DNA of 64,000 nucleotides, taken from positions 224,001 to 288,000 of the forward strand of contig CAVQFQ010000017.1 of NCBI GenBank assembly GCA_963711835.1. The letters are read 5' to 3'. The stretch's first letter is position 1. Each line of letters begins with the position of its first letter. The notes under the pieces were generated by a model. It saw only the letters and a list, made by a program, of their open reading frames with translations, was not told the origin of the DNA and made no database searches. This document shows positions 19,546-30,350 of the stretch, in pieces. Source of the DNA: an uncultured delta proteobacterium (GTDB lineage: Bacteria > Desulfobacterota > RBG-13-43-22). Both the position numbers and the translations under genes were made by a program.

Positions 19546-20556
19546 ATGGTACGCCTTGGAATAAACGGATTCGGTCGGATCGGCAGGCAGGTCTTAAAAG
19601 CTACCCTGGAAAAATATCCCGACGTGATGCAGGTGGTGGCCATCAACGACCTTTTTGATACGGAAACCAATGCCCACCTTTTTAAATATGACACCAATTA
19701 CGGCCGTTTTCAGGGGAAAGTGGCCGTCGAAAAAGACCGCTTTTTTATCAACGATCAGCCGGTTAAAAGCTTTGCCTTTAAGGACCCGGCCACCATCCCC
19801 TGGGATGACGAGGGCGTTGAGATCGTAATTGAAAGTACCGGCCTCTTTACCACCGGCCCCAAGGCTGCGGCTCATCTGGAAGCCGGGGCCAAGAAGGTCA
19901 TCATTTCCGCTCCGGCCAAGGAAGTGGATTTGACGGTCGTGATGGGAGTCAATCAGGAGGCTTATAATCCTCAAAAGCACCGGATTGTCTCCAACGCCTC
20001 CTGCACCACCAACTGCCTGGCCCCGCCGGCCTTTGTGGTTCATCAGGCCTTCGGGATTGAAAAAGGCATGATGGTGACCGTCCACTCCTATACTAATGAC
20101 CAGCGTATCCTGGATTTACCCCATAAGGATCTTCGACGCGCCCGGGCCGCAGGCCAGAATATCATTCCCACAACCACCGGGGCGGCCAAGGCCCTGGCCT
20201 TAATCATTCCCGAGCTGGCCGGTCGGGTCGACGGCTATTCTCTGCGCGTGCCCACCCCGACGGTCTCGGTGGTGGATTTTACCGTTCAACTGAAAAAAGA
20301 AACGCAGACTGAGGAATTTCGGGAGGTCCTGAAGAAGGCCGCCCAGACCCGCTTGCAGGGGATCATGGCCTGTGAAGAGGAAAGACTGGTTTCCATGGAC
20401 TTCAAGGGTGATGAGCACTCCTCTATTGTGGACCTGGAATTTACCCAGGTCTTAAAAGGCACCATGGCCAAGGTGGTAGCCTGGTATGACAACGAATGGG
20501 GCTACTCCTGCCGGGTGGCCGATTTGGCCCGTTATATGGTGGAGAAAGGGCTGTAG
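19546..20556 (+). CDS. gap: Type I glyceraldehyde-3-phosphate dehydrogenase
   Basis: [29 protein letters not shown]; RBS AAGGAGG before ATG 19546. Confidence 0.97.
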   Translation: MVRLGINGFGRIGRQVLKATLEKYPDVMQVVAINDLFDTETNAHLFKYDTNYGRFQGKVAVEKDRFFINDQPVKSFAFKDPATIPWDDEGVEIVIESTGLFTTGPKAAAHLEAGAKKVIISAPAKEVDLTVVMGVNQEAYNPQKHRIVSNASCTTNCLAPPAFVVHQAFGIEKGMMVTVHSYTNDQRILDLPHKDLRRARAAGQNIIPTTTGAAKALALIIPELAGRVDGYSLRVPTPTVSVVDFTVQLKKETQTEEFREVLKKAAQTRLQGIMACEEERLVSMDFKGDEHSSIVDLEFTQVLKGTMAKVVAWYDNEWGYSCRVADLARYMVEKGL

Positions 20557-20706
20557 GGCGTTAGCCACAGAACCACACGGACAAAGGCGGACGATAGATT
20601 TTGCCTGTTCGACCCCGTATTAATACCTACGGGGCAGGCTAATGAACAGGCAAAACAAGCCAATGCTTCGCGAGGAAAAGTTTATATGCGCCAAAGGCGC
20701 TGACGG

Positions 20707-22332
20707 TTAGGGTGTCGTAAGGGGTTCAAAACGAACCACCTCCGGCAGGCCGTTTTCCATCCTGACATACAGGTGCCCCAGCCAATCTGGATTTTCCCGG
20801 GGAAAATCGCTGCGGAAGTGGGCCCCCCGGCTTTCGGTCCTTTTCAAAGCCGCTGCGGCAATGGCTCTGCCGATGAGTAAGGCGTTCCTATCCTCCCAAA
20901 CATACGGGAAGACCTTTGGATTATCTAAGTTGAATTGCTGGTGAGTTTCCCTGAGCCGATCCAGAGAGGCAATCGCCGCCTCCAGGCCCGCAGTCTCCCG
21001 GATGATGCCCACCTGTTCCCAGAGAATCCGCGCCACTTCCCGGCGTAAAGGGCCATAAGACTGCGGGGCATTCTTTTTGTCTTGGAACACGTTAATTCGT
21101 CCTTTAATCCATTCTTTTATTAGTGAATCAAGACCGGATGAAGGGGCCGGCGAAGGAGCCGGCGATTGGGAATAACGGGCAGCCTCCCGGCCGGCCAAGG
21201 CCCCAAAAACCAGAGCTTCGGACAGGGCATTGCCTCCCATGCGGTTGGCTCCGTGGATGCCGCCTACGCATTCACCGGCCGCATAAAGGCCCTGAATGGC
21301 CGTTGCGCCGCTGCTGTCGATAGGGAGACCGCCCATAGTATGGTGGCAGGCCGGCGTGATTTTTATCGGTGTCTGGTCGAAGCCGATTTTTTTCCTGTAA
21401 AAATCAAGGAGAGTAGGGGTTAAAGGAAAATCCGTGTCTTTAACCTGGCGGAGGTCCAGAAGCAGGGCCCCCTGGATCGAGTTGCCCAAAAGGATTTCAC
21501 GGAAAAGGGCCTGGGAAAGGCGATCCCGAGCCACAATGGCCAGGGGCCTTTCATGGAGCTGATATTTTTCCTTGAGATCCTCTCCGAGGCGGTTAGTCAA
21601 CCGTCCTAAATCAGCAAAAGAGGTCGGCAGGATCATTCGGGCCTTGGGAGATCCGGCATAGACCAATGGATAAAATTGAACAAACTCCAGGTCCAAGAGT
21701 TCCAGACCTGCCTCCAGGGCCAGGGCATAACCGTCTCCGGTAGCTCCGGGGGCATTGTCCTGTATGGCATAGAGGGCGCCGGCCCCGCCGGTGGCCAATA
21801 TAACCGCCTGGGCCTGGATCCCCAAAAGGTCCCCCCCCTCTTTTTGAAAACCGATAGCGCCCTGGCAAGTCCCATCCCGGACCACTAAATCCGTAATAAA
21901 AGTTTTTTCTAAAAGATGGATCTGGTCGTCCCGACAAGCCCGTTTCAGGGTAGAAATTATTTCCGGACCGCCGGCAGGGCCCTCCAGCCAGCAGGTGACC
22001 CCTGACTTGGCCCAGGATCCCTTTAGACCCAGGGCTAACAGATCCTTTATCCGCAACGGAGCCTGGGAGATAAATAGCCGCACCAAGTCCCGGTTGTTCA
22101 GGGATCGACCGCTTTTAATCGTTTCCTGGAAATGTTTTTCTTCCGGAAATGAATCCGTCGCCAAGGAAAAAAACCCCCCGGCCAGATAGGTGTTACTGGC
22201 CTTTCCGATGGCCGATTTGGAAACCAGCAGGACTTTCTGCCCGCTCCGGGCCGCCTCAGCGGCGGCGCATAAACCGGCGATGCCGCTGCCGACAACCAGG
22301 ACATCCGCTTTAATAGTCTGAAAAGGGATCAT
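20707..22332 (-). CDS. FAD-dependent oxidoreductase, SdhA/FrdA/NadB flavoprotein family
   Basis: GSGIAG, LATGG, EFVQFYP, HHTMGG, HGANRMGGNAL, ESRGAHFRSDFP. Confidence 0.88.
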   Translation of the reverse strand: MIPFQTIKADVLVVGSGIAGLCAAAEAARSGQKVLLVSKSAIGKASNTYLAGGFFSLATDSFPEEKHFQETIKSGRSLNNRDLVRLFISQAPLRIKDLLALGLKGSWAKSGVTCWLEGPAGGPEIISTLKRACRDDQIHLLEKTFITDLVVRDGTCQGAIGFQKEGGDLLGIQAQAVILATGGAGALYAIQDNAPGATGDGYALALEAGLELLDLEFVQFYPLVYAGSPKARMILPTSFADLGRLTNRLGEDLKEKYQLHERPLAIVARDRLSQALFREILLGNSIQGALLLDLRQVKDTDFPLTPTLLDFYRKKIGFDQTPIKITPACHHTMGGLPIDSSGATAIQGLYAAGECVGGIHGANRMGGNALSEALVFGALAGREAARYSQSPAPSPAPSSGLDSLIKEWIKGRINVFQDKKNAPQSYGPLRREVARILWEQVGIIRETAGLEAAIASLDRLRETHQQFNLDNPKVFPYVWEDRNALLIGRAIAAAALKRTESRGAHFRSDFPRENPDWLGHLYVRMENGLPEVVRFEPLTTP

Positions 22333-22535
22333 AGGTTTTTTCTTTACCGATCTTGGAATTTATTTGTGTTTTATACGATAACTATCCCATATTTCTTGCA
22401 GTTTTTGAACAAAAAAGATAAACTTTGAGGCTAAGGGAAAAGAAAGTGACCTCCGTTAAAAAGTAAATAACTTCCGAGACAGAATCCATATCAGGAATAA
22501 AGGGGCTGCCATGATAGCCTATTGGGGAGGGGACC

Positions 22536-22949
22536 ATGATCACCTTCAGTGAAATCCATGATGCCTTTCTGTTTGTGAGTTCGGCCGGGTATGGCCAAAA
22601 CTCGGCCTTTCTCTGCCCGGATACCGGCCGGATATTTTTTCAGTCAGACCTAGGCGGGATTGATGAAATCAAGGATGAGGGTGTTGAACTGGAGGATTGC
22701 CTGGAGATTCCCCATAATAACGATCTGGATTTAGGGCAGCAACTGGTTTTTGAGTTTGTAGATAGGCCATTGCCGGAGGACAGTGACCGTGTCCGATTGA
22801 TTTTCAGAAAAAGCGGAGCCTACAGCCGGTTCAAGGATCTCCTGGAAAGCAAAGGCCTTTTGGAGATGTGGTATGATTTTGAAGGTCAACGGGAGGAGCA
22901 GGCGCTTCGGGAATGGTGCCTTGAAAAGGAGATCACCTTTTCCGGCTGA
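22536..22949 (+). CDS. UPF0158 family protein
   Basis: AFLCPDTGRIF...GAYSRFKDLL...WYDFE...LREWC. Confidence 0.75.
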   Translation: MITFSEIHDAFLFVSSAGYGQNSAFLCPDTGRIFFQSDLGGIDEIKDEGVELEDCLEIPHNNDLDLGQQLVFEFVDRPLPEDSDRVRLIFRKSGAYSRFKDLLESKGLLEMWYDFEGQREEQALREWCLEKEITFSG

Positions 22950-22986
22950 TAACTAACGAATACATGGGGACATTATTAGGATGTCC

Positions 22987-23088
22987 TCCCGCAACTATGT
23001 CCTTTCCTCCGGCAAGATCATCGCCGAAGGCACCGCTTCCCGACTTCTCGAGGACGAGGTCCTGCGCAAAACCTACTTCGGCCTATAA
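22987..23088 (+). pseudogene. 3' remnant of a LivF-type ABC ATPase
   Basis: SRNYVLSSGKIIAEGTASRLLEDEVLRKTYFGL*; upstream body absent. Confidence 0.65.
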
Positions 23089-23094
23089 GAAAAT

Positions 23095-23133
23095 AAAAAA
23101 CCCTCTCTTTTTTTGCGAAAGAGAGGGTTTTTT
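23095..23133. terminator. Bidirectional intrinsic terminator
   Basis: AAAAAACCCTCTCTTT...AAAGAGAGGGTTTTTT between convergent genes. Confidence 0.8.
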
Positions 23134-23144
23134 ATTCGTAGCTA

Positions 23145-23840
23145 CTAAAAAGTCAACTGGTCAACCTTCATACCCGCACGTCTCAATCGTTCACTATCTC
23201 TTTTCAGACGCTTGCTGGCCACAGCCTTTATTTCTTCCTGGTATCCCTTGGTATCATCGTAGGACCCAACGCCGTACAGTTTTTCTATGGTTGTCCGGCC
23301 TTCTTTCGTTGTAAAGGAAAAACTGGCCATGCAGGCAAATCCTTTCTTTTCAAGACCTTCCTGCTTTAACGCCAGATCCGGATATTTGAGGGTCACATCA
23401 GCTTTAACCGAGACCCCGGCGAGGGAGAGGTGAATAAAGTCCTGAAGCCTTACCGCCGGCTTTTTAAGCGAGGCATCCCCCGAAAGACCTATGAAAGAAT
23501 TTGCGAGGGTAAAGAAATCTTCCTTTACGTTAATACCGGACTCTTTTAGCCTGTCGTAGTCCATCTGCAATCGGTTATTGGCAATTAGAAGACATTCCAG
23601 GGCGTAATCCACCTCGTCCTCAGTGAAGGAATAATTCTTCTTGAATTCAAATGGGTGGCCATCAACCGTGCCGGAATATTCTACCGATAATATAATGGTA
23701 TCAGCGGGCTGGCCTTCTCGTTCTATTTTGATAACCTCCCGCACAAATTTCGTATTCAAAACCACCTTTTTCCCTGAAGCGGCCTCGTCAATCAATACGG
23801 CCAACATGTTTACCTTTTGAGCCGGGGTGCTTGCCATCAT
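23145..23840 (-). CDS. Hypothetical protein with an apparent internal duplication
   Basis: 231 aa, RBS AAGGAG; both halves end similarly (IANNRLQMDYDRLKESGINV / VASKRLKRDSERLRRAGMKV). Confidence 0.7.
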   Translation of the reverse strand: MMASTPAQKVNMLAVLIDEAASGKKVVLNTKFVREVIKIEREGQPADTIILSVEYSGTVDGHPFEFKKNYSFTEDEVDYALECLLIANNRLQMDYDRLKESGINVKEDFFTLANSFIGLSGDASLKKPAVRLQDFIHLSLAGVSVKADVTLKYPDLALKQEGLEKKGFACMASFSFTTKEGRTTIEKLYGVGSYDDTKGYQEEIKAVASKRLKRDSERLRRAGMKVDQLTF

Positions 23841-24085
23841 GCCTTCTCCTTTCGGTTAGTGTTTTTCGAACCTATTCAAAACCACTGATTGCGGTTCCAG
23901 GTTTCGTTGTCCTCCCAAGGGATTTGAGCCGGGAATCCTCAGGTAAGGATTCGAGGGTAAAGGGGATACTCGATCCCCGTATAAAGGACTCTTTATCACA
24001 AATAGCGCCAGGATAACAACTGCAAATGACGGTTCGGGAAAAGACTTGGCTTGCTGTAGTTTAACTTACTGAAAATATTTTTAAT

Positions 24086-26092
24086 TTACAACTGATTCCT
24101 GACAATCTCGGCGATATCAAAGATCTTGGCCTTGTCTTCTGCGTCTAAAAATTTGAGCCCATCTTGAAAATGGATCATACAAAAAGGGCAGGCCGTCACA
24201 ATGTAATCCGGATTCTTAGCCAGGGCCTGTTCAGTGCGCATGGCAAAGACCCTTCGCCCCCTTACCTTTTCCATCCACATTCTTCCCCCTCCTGCGCCAC
24301 AACAGAAGGCATATCGTCTGTTTCGGTCCATTTCTATTATCTTGGTCTTGGGGATGGACGCAAGAATTTGGCGGGGGGCGTCATAAATACTATTGTATCG
24401 TCCCAGAAAACAGGAATCATGATAGGTAACCGTCTTGGCCAGTTCTCCCTTTAAAGTAATCTTTCCTTCCTGAATGAGTTGCCAGATAAACTCAGTATGA
24501 TGCATGACCTCAAATTCTCCCCCAAACTGAGGGTACTCATTTTTTATGGTATTATACCCATGGGGACAGGCAACTAATATCTTTTTGATATTATGCTTAT
24601 AAAAAGTCGAAATATTCTGCTCGGCCATGGTCTGGTAGAGGTATTCATTGCCTATTCGTCGCGCGGAATCTCCGCAACATCCCTCTTCCCTTCCCAGGAT
24701 GCCGAAATTGATACCGGCCGCCTGAAGTATCTTGACGATAGAGGCGGCTATTTTCTGATTGCGATCGTCAAAGGAGGCAGCGCAGCCCAGAAAAAAGAGT
24801 AGGTCCACCTCGCCTCCGTCCTCGGAAAGGTTCCTGATGCCCAGGTCCTTGGCCCAGTCTCCACGGGTGGAACTGCCGATGCCCCAGGGATTATTATTTC
24901 TTTCCATACCCCGGAAGGTCGCCTTTACCTCTGAAGGGAAATTGCATTCCATTAAGACCAGGTAACGGCGCATATCAATGATCTTATCGACATGCTGAAT
25001 GTCTACCGGACAGACTTCCATACAAGCCCGGCAGTTGGTGCAGTCCCAGAGCACGTCTTCGGTGATCAATTCTTTGATCATGGCGTCATCGATTTCTTCT
25101 TTTTTTTCAGCTCCTTTTTTGTCCAGGAGATCCTTTCCGTGGGTCAGAAGGGTTTTCTTGAGGGACAGGATAACCTCTTTGGGGTTAAGGGCCTTCTCGC
25201 TGAGGGTCGCCGGGCAGTTTGCGGTACACTGTCCGCACTCCGTACAGGCGTAAAGGTCAAGGAGGTGTTTCCAGGTGAAATCGGTAATTTTGGGAGTGCC
25301 GAAGCTCTCAGCCTCCTCCATGCCGACAACGGGCTGCAGCGCCCCTTTGGGTTCGAGGGAATGGAAATAGAGATTGAAAGGGGCGGCTAAGATATGGAGG
25401 TGCTTGGAATAAAGGATGTAGATGCCAAAGGCAAAGATAAGGACAATATGCAGGAACCAAAAGACCAGGAACAAGGCTCGGGCATTTTGCTCCAAACCCA
25501 GGCTGCTGAACAGGTTGGAAAAGGCCATGCCGACAAAGGCCCAGTCGGCAAAAGGCCGGTCTTCAGCCAACAACCGAAACCCCTCAACGGAGAAGCCGAC
25601 AATCATGAGCAAAAAGATTCCGGTCAGGATAATCGCCGGCCCTTTCCCGGTAATGGGCTGCAAGCGAAAAGGCCGGATCAGGTAGCGTCGAATGGCCGCC
25701 CATATTAAGGCGAAGATAACGAGCAGTCCGGCACTATCAAGCAGTAAGAAAAAGATATTATTAAAAACCTCTCCGAAAAGCGCCGGCGATAATTTCTCGT
25801 AGAATCCCTCTGCAATATGAAAACCATAGCTGATGACAAAAAGGGAAAACCCGTAGAATATGAGCATATGGCCCACTCCGGCCAGGTCGTTTTTTTTGAC
25901 ATTTTTTAAGACACAGCGCTGGAGTAGCATCTGGCCTAAGGCAAATTTCAGCCTCTGCCCGGGCCGGTCGAAGCGGTTCTCAGCCTTTCCCAATTTGAGG
26001 AGGCTGATAAGATAATTGGCTCTCTGGGTGAAGAAATAGACAACGGCAATCATCAACACTAACAGTAGAATTTTACCTTCTAGTGGCAACAT
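24086..26092 (-). CDS. Membrane-bound Fe-S oxidoreductase (FadF/HdrD-like: TM + 2x[4Fe-4S] + 2 CCG domains)
   Basis: CTECGQCTANCP, CTNCRACMEVCP, EGCCG, YHDSCFLGR, CCGAGGG, TACPFC. Confidence 0.9.
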   Translation of the reverse strand: MLPLEGKILLLVLMIAVVYFFTQRANYLISLLKLGKAENRFDRPGQRLKFALGQMLLQRCVLKNVKKNDLAGVGHMLIFYGFSLFVISYGFHIAEGFYEKLSPALFGEVFNNIFFLLLDSAGLLVIFALIWAAIRRYLIRPFRLQPITGKGPAIILTGIFLLMIVGFSVEGFRLLAEDRPFADWAFVGMAFSNLFSSLGLEQNARALFLVFWFLHIVLIFAFGIYILYSKHLHILAAPFNLYFHSLEPKGALQPVVGMEEAESFGTPKITDFTWKHLLDLYACTECGQCTANCPATLSEKALNPKEVILSLKKTLLTHGKDLLDKKGAEKKEEIDDAMIKELITEDVLWDCTNCRACMEVCPVDIQHVDKIIDMRRYLVLMECNFPSEVKATFRGMERNNNPWGIGSSTRGDWAKDLGIRNLSEDGGEVDLLFFLGCAASFDDRNQKIAASIVKILQAAGINFGILGREEGCCGDSARRIGNEYLYQTMAEQNISTFYKHNIKKILVACPHGYNTIKNEYPQFGGEFEVMHHTEFIWQLIQEGKITLKGELAKTVTYHDSCFLGRYNSIYDAPRQILASIPKTKIIEMDRNRRYAFCCGAGGGRMWMEKVRGRRVFAMRTEQALAKNPDYIVTACPFCMIHFQDGLKFLDAEDKAKIFDIAEIVRNQL

Positions 26093-26376
26093 GAGACCGT
26101 CCTTTTTTGTGAATGTGAAATTTATAACATGAGTCGATTATAGTTTGAAGAAGGAATGGAAATCAAGAAGAAAAAAATAAATTATCTTATAAGGATAAGG
26201 TCAGGCCCGGCTGAGGTATTAATGATTTATGCCCCGGGTCTGATCCATGGCCTCTCATTGGCGTCACGTCCTTAATCTCGCTATTTCCAATGAAAAATGA
26301 TAGGGAGCAACAAGGTCTAAACCAGTAGTATCGTTCAAAAGTTGTGGCACTGGCGCATTATTGCCTGACTGGGGAC

Positions 26377-26593
26377 CGGGGGTCTCGATTTCAAGGCTTG
26401 TCCAAAGGGGGATCCTTCCCGCCAATCCGGCCCAGATTTCTAGGGTTGGTTTAGAGCCGGGCATTCACCCAACCGGACAAACAGCTTTGGTGAAGGCCTG
26501 CTTAAGGCATTATCGTCACTCTTCCAGTCCCGCTAAAAGCGGGATTTCAAGGTGAGGAGTTTATGGTGGACAACCTTGAAATCAAGACCCCCG
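26377..26593. mobile_element. ~217-bp MITE-like element with ~27-bp terminal inverted repeats (copy A)
   Basis: CGGGGGTCTCGATTTCAAGGCTTGTCCA ... TGGACAACCTTGAAATCAAGACCCCCG; interior homologous, inverted, to 61495-61712. Confidence 0.65.
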
Positions 26594-27011
26594 TCATTAA
26601 TCCGGCGCCAACACTCCATTTGCTCAGAGATATAAATCACCCATCCTATACCCAACTACCGGTTGTTCAATCACGATGAAGTTTAAAAGGATCAAAGGGC
26701 GTCTGTTTTCCGGGCAGCTATCCGGTTTGGATGGTAAATAGAAAGGTATGAATCGTCCTCAGCGTATTGAAAAAACGGGCGGCCTAGAGGCAACTAAAAT
26801 AGACCCCCTTTTTTTTATTCAACAATATAACCTATTAATTTATTAATATAATTTTAATATATCCCCGAATAACCACTATCCCACCTTTGAGATTTACCAA
26901 GGATATCAGAAGATTTTGTGATGGATTTCCCTTGACACCTATAGGGCGGTTTCCTGTATATTTCCCTCAAAACAGTTTCTCCTAAACCCAATCTCAAACA
27001 AGGAGGTCGTA

Positions 27012-28205
27012 ATGTTCGAGAAAGTATTTATCCCCCATAAGGGCTATTGGTCTTCGCCGTTTTCCCGCTGGCAGATGTCCTTTCAAAACATCCATCCCAT
27101 CGAGCTGGCGGCCCAGACCGCCCGAAAGTTCTTTGAGCTGCGAGGATACTCGCCGGACCTGTTTGACGGCTGCGTCCTGGGTATGACGATCGGACAACCT
27201 GCCTGGTTCTATGCCAATCCCTGGTTTTGCGGTCTGTTAGGCAATGACAAAATCAGCGGGCCGACCATCAGCCAGGCTTGTGCCACCAGTGCCACAGCCA
27301 TTTGGACTGGCGGTCTGTGGGTGGAAACGGGTTCTCATAAGAATGTCCTGGTGGCGACCATGGACCGCTGTTCCAATGGTCCTCACACGATCTGGCCCAA
27401 TCCTAACGGACCGGGAGGTGAGGTGATCAGTGAGAATTGGAATATGGACAATTTCAACCGCGACCCCTATGCGGGAGAAGCTATGGTCAAGACATCCGAA
27501 AATGTGGCCGTGATGTTCGGCGGAATTACCAAGGAAGATTCGGACGCCATGGCCGTTCGGCGTTATGAACAGTACCTGATGGGCCTGGCCAACGACCGGG
27601 AATTCCAAAAGGGGTATATGATTCCGGTGGAAACTCGACTTTCCAAGAAGAAAACACTTTTGGTCGAAACGGATGAAGGTATCACGCCCTGTACCCCGGA
27701 AGGTCTGGCACCGCTCAAACCGGTTATTGCCGGGGGGTGCATCTCCTTTGGGGCCCAAACCCACCCGGCTGACGGCAATGCCGGTTTGATCGTGACCACC
27801 AAGGAAAAGGCCAAGGAGTTGAGTCAAAATAAAGAGGTAACTATCCAACTCGTCAGCTACGGCTTTGCCCGGGCCAAGAAGGCCCACATGGCGGCTGCGG
27901 TCACCCCGGCAGCTGAAATGGCTTTAAAGAAGGCCGGGATTGAAGTAAAGGACCTGAAGGCCGTTAAAACCCATAATCCCTTTACAGTCAATGATATCGT
28001 TATGGGAAAATTAATGAAGATTCCCGAAGAGATATTTAATAATTACGGAAGTTCTCTTGTTTTCGGCCATCCCCAGGGCCCGACCGGTACCCGTTGCACA
28101 GTGGAACTGATTGAGGAGCTGGTAAAAATCGGCGGTGGGTATGGATTATTTGGAGGCTGTGCCGCCGGAGATACAGGAGCTGCTTTGGTTTTAAAAGTAT
28201 ATTAG
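27012..28205 (+). CDS. Thiolase family protein (HNPF variant)
   Basis: QACATS catalytic Cys, THPADG, THNPF, GHPQGPTG, GCAAGDTG. Confidence 0.9.
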   Translation: MFEKVFIPHKGYWSSPFSRWQMSFQNIHPIELAAQTARKFFELRGYSPDLFDGCVLGMTIGQPAWFYANPWFCGLLGNDKISGPTISQACATSATAIWTGGLWVETGSHKNVLVATMDRCSNGPHTIWPNPNGPGGEVISENWNMDNFNRDPYAGEAMVKTSENVAVMFGGITKEDSDAMAVRRYEQYLMGLANDREFQKGYMIPVETRLSKKKTLLVETDEGITPCTPEGLAPLKPVIAGGCISFGAQTHPADGNAGLIVTTKEKAKELSQNKEVTIQLVSYGFARAKKAHMAAAVTPAAEMALKKAGIEVKDLKAVKTHNPFTVNDIVMGKLMKIPEEIFNNYGSSLVFGHPQGPTGTRCTVELIEELVKIGGGYGLFGGCAAGDTGAALVLKVY

Positions 28206-28223
28206 AAGGGTCTCGGCTGACTC

Positions 28224-28258
28224 AAACCCCCTTCTCTTTGCCGGGAGGGGGTTTTTTT
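28224..28258 (+). terminator. Intrinsic terminator
   Basis: AAACCCCTTCTC..GGGAGGGGGTTTTTTT after the thiolase gene. Confidence 0.75.
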
Positions 28259-28268
28259 CCGTTCAGGA

Positions 28269-29633
28269 TCAAGTCAAGGGATTTTCCCGGCAATGGGACA
28301 GAATAAAATCTTCCAGAAGAAAAGCCGGGGTGGTGCCGCTGGTTTTGAGTAGGCGATCGGTTTCATGAAGGGATTTCAGGGCTGTTAGGAGTTCTTCCTG
28401 GGTAAAATTATTGGCCGCTTTGAGGGTGTTAAAAAGGACGTAGGGATGGGTTTTGGAAAGGTGTTCCGGCAGGGGAGCCTGTTTCAGGCGAGGCATGACC
28501 CTGGCGGAAAAGGCGCTGAAATCCCTCCAGGACTGCTGCGGGAGATCGGAAGTCCGCTGCAGCAATTCATGGGCCACTAAAAGCCGGCGGAAGGCATTGA
28601 TAATTCCCGTCAGGATCTGCAGAGGGTTATAGCCCTGCTCCCAGAGCTGACGGAGGACCCTCAGCCCTTGCTCGGGATTCCGGTCCCCTAAAAAGGCGGT
28701 CAACTCATACAGGGGTTCTTCCCGGCCGGCCCCAACCACTTCGCTGATGTCCTTGGGGAGGATCTGCTTTCGGTCTCCCAGATAAGAGATCAGCTTCTGG
28801 ATTTCCATTTCCAAAAGGAAGACCTCGGCCCCGACCCGTTCCAGCAAGAGGGCTTCGGCCTGGGGGTGAATCGTTCCGCCCTCTTTAAGAAGGCGCTCCC
28901 GGAGATAGCTTTTCAGGGTAGCGGTCTGCTCCCCTTTCTTGGACTGTCTCAGGGAAAGATCAATCACGATCCCGTATTCCTCCAGGATTTTCAGGATCTT
29001 TTTTTTCCCTGGAAGGGTTTCAGTCAAGAGGATTAAGAGGTGGTTTTTCGGAAAGCCTTTTTTAAGGGCTGATTCCAGCATTTGATCAGGGTGGTCCCCT
29101 GAGGAGGGTCCAAACCTTTCTTTCGGAAGGTGTTGAAGGGCTTCTTTGAACCAAGGCGGCAGAGCGCTTTCCTTCTCCGGCAGGATCTTCCGGGCCAGGG
29201 AGTCGGCTTCTCCATTCAAGCCCTCCTGCACATCGTGAAGAGACAGGCCGGCATTCCGGAAGAGGGTCAGAAGATAGGTGCCGCAGCGATCGGCCTGGCC
29301 TTTTTGCCAGGCTTCCTCGGCCTTTTTCCAGAGCCGCTCTTCTTTTTCGGCTGAGAGGATTTGAATCGGATTCCTGACTGAAACGACTTTTCGTCCCGGG
29401 AAGAAGGGAAAGGTCTGAAGATGTTCCAGGATAGAAGGCAGATCCTCTTTTTCGCCATCCAGGGCTTCAAGATTAAAAGAGCGCACCTCTTCCGGGATAA
29501 GGCGATCAATCAGTTGCTGATGGACTTCCTGGGTCAGGTAGGGGTCCCCGGCCAGGAGATATACCGGAGCGGTCCGGCCTTTTTCAACCTGTTTTAACAA
29601 TCGGGGAACATCTTTATAAGCAAAAATTGGCAT
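28269..29633 (-). CDS. holA: DNA polymerase III delta subunit
   Basis: PVYLLAGDPYL, FNLEALDG, TFPFFPGRKVV, EIQKLISY, LHETDRLLKTS. Confidence 0.85.
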   Translation of the reverse strand: MPIFAYKDVPRLLKQVEKGRTAPVYLLAGDPYLTQEVHQQLIDRLIPEEVRSFNLEALDGEKEDLPSILEHLQTFPFFPGRKVVSVRNPIQILSAEKEERLWKKAEEAWQKGQADRCGTYLLTLFRNAGLSLHDVQEGLNGEADSLARKILPEKESALPPWFKEALQHLPKERFGPSSGDHPDQMLESALKKGFPKNHLLILLTETLPGKKKILKILEEYGIVIDLSLRQSKKGEQTATLKSYLRERLLKEGGTIHPQAEALLLERVGAEVFLLEMEIQKLISYLGDRKQILPKDISEVVGAGREEPLYELTAFLGDRNPEQGLRVLRQLWEQGYNPLQILTGIINAFRRLLVAHELLQRTSDLPQQSWRDFSAFSARVMPRLKQAPLPEHLSKTHPYVLFNTLKAANNFTQEELLTALKSLHETDRLLKTSGTTPAFLLEDFILSHCRENPLT

Positions 29634-29819
29634 GAGGTACCTGTCACTAAAAGAGAAAAAGGGCCATGGCCGGGCCGGCCGGCCGCTTGATCCAAACCTT
29701 CAAGCCTACCAGGAGCAGGATCGGGGTCCAGGAGAGCAGGAAACGACGGAAATTCATAACCGGGTTTATATCAGGTAATCGCTTAAAAAAGAAGACTTGA
29801 AAATTCAAGAGGGGACAAT

Positions 29820-29848
29820 AAAAAAAGGCCCCTCCAGAGAGGGGCCTC
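29820..29848 (-). terminator. Intrinsic terminator of the dodecin gene
   Basis: AAAAAAAGGCCCCTC-CAGA-GAGGGGCCT. Confidence 0.75.
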
Positions 29849-29868
29849 AAAATTCCTTTTAAGCCCGG

Positions 29869-30078
29869 TTACGATTCCAAGACAAAGATAACTTCCAGTT
29901 TGACGCGATATTCGATCACCTTGTTGTTTTCCACTGCTATTCTCTGCTCCAGAACCCTCATCCCAGTGATTCCCCGCAAGGTCTTGATAGCTCGCTTGAA
30001 CCCTGCCTGGATCGCATCATCAAAGCTTTTTGGTGAAGCGGCGATAATGTCAGTAACTCTGGCAACCCGACTGGCCAT
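29869..30078 (-). CDS. Dodecin family flavin-binding protein
   Basis: MASRVARVTDIIAASPKSFDDAIQAG..RAIKTLRGI...EYRVKLEVIFVLE; RBS GGAGGT. Confidence 0.9.
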   Translation of the reverse strand: MASRVARVTDIIAASPKSFDDAIQAGFKRAIKTLRGITGMRVLEQRIAVENNKVIEYRVKLEVIFVLES

Positions 30079-30350
30079 ATGATCACCTCCTTTCTCCGTT
30101 AAACAGTAGAACCTCCTTTTAATCATCCAAGTCTGAAGGGTAAGGCCATTCCCTTTCCTGGCCGGTAGAGTAAAACACCTTTTCGTAATATTATCCGCTA
30201 ATATTTTTAGCATATCCTGCCGTGATTAGCAAGGAAAAGATGGCCTTATAATCATTATTTAGTTGAAATAATTATTCTAATTACTCCTTGACTTTTAACC
30301 GCAAGGGAATATATAACTGCAATTAAACCAATTCAGATTAGGGAAGGGCT

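Noticed and set aside
20707-22332. Assigning nadB or sdhA
   Set aside because: The family is clear, but no partner genes are adjacent and the specific function cannot be resolved.
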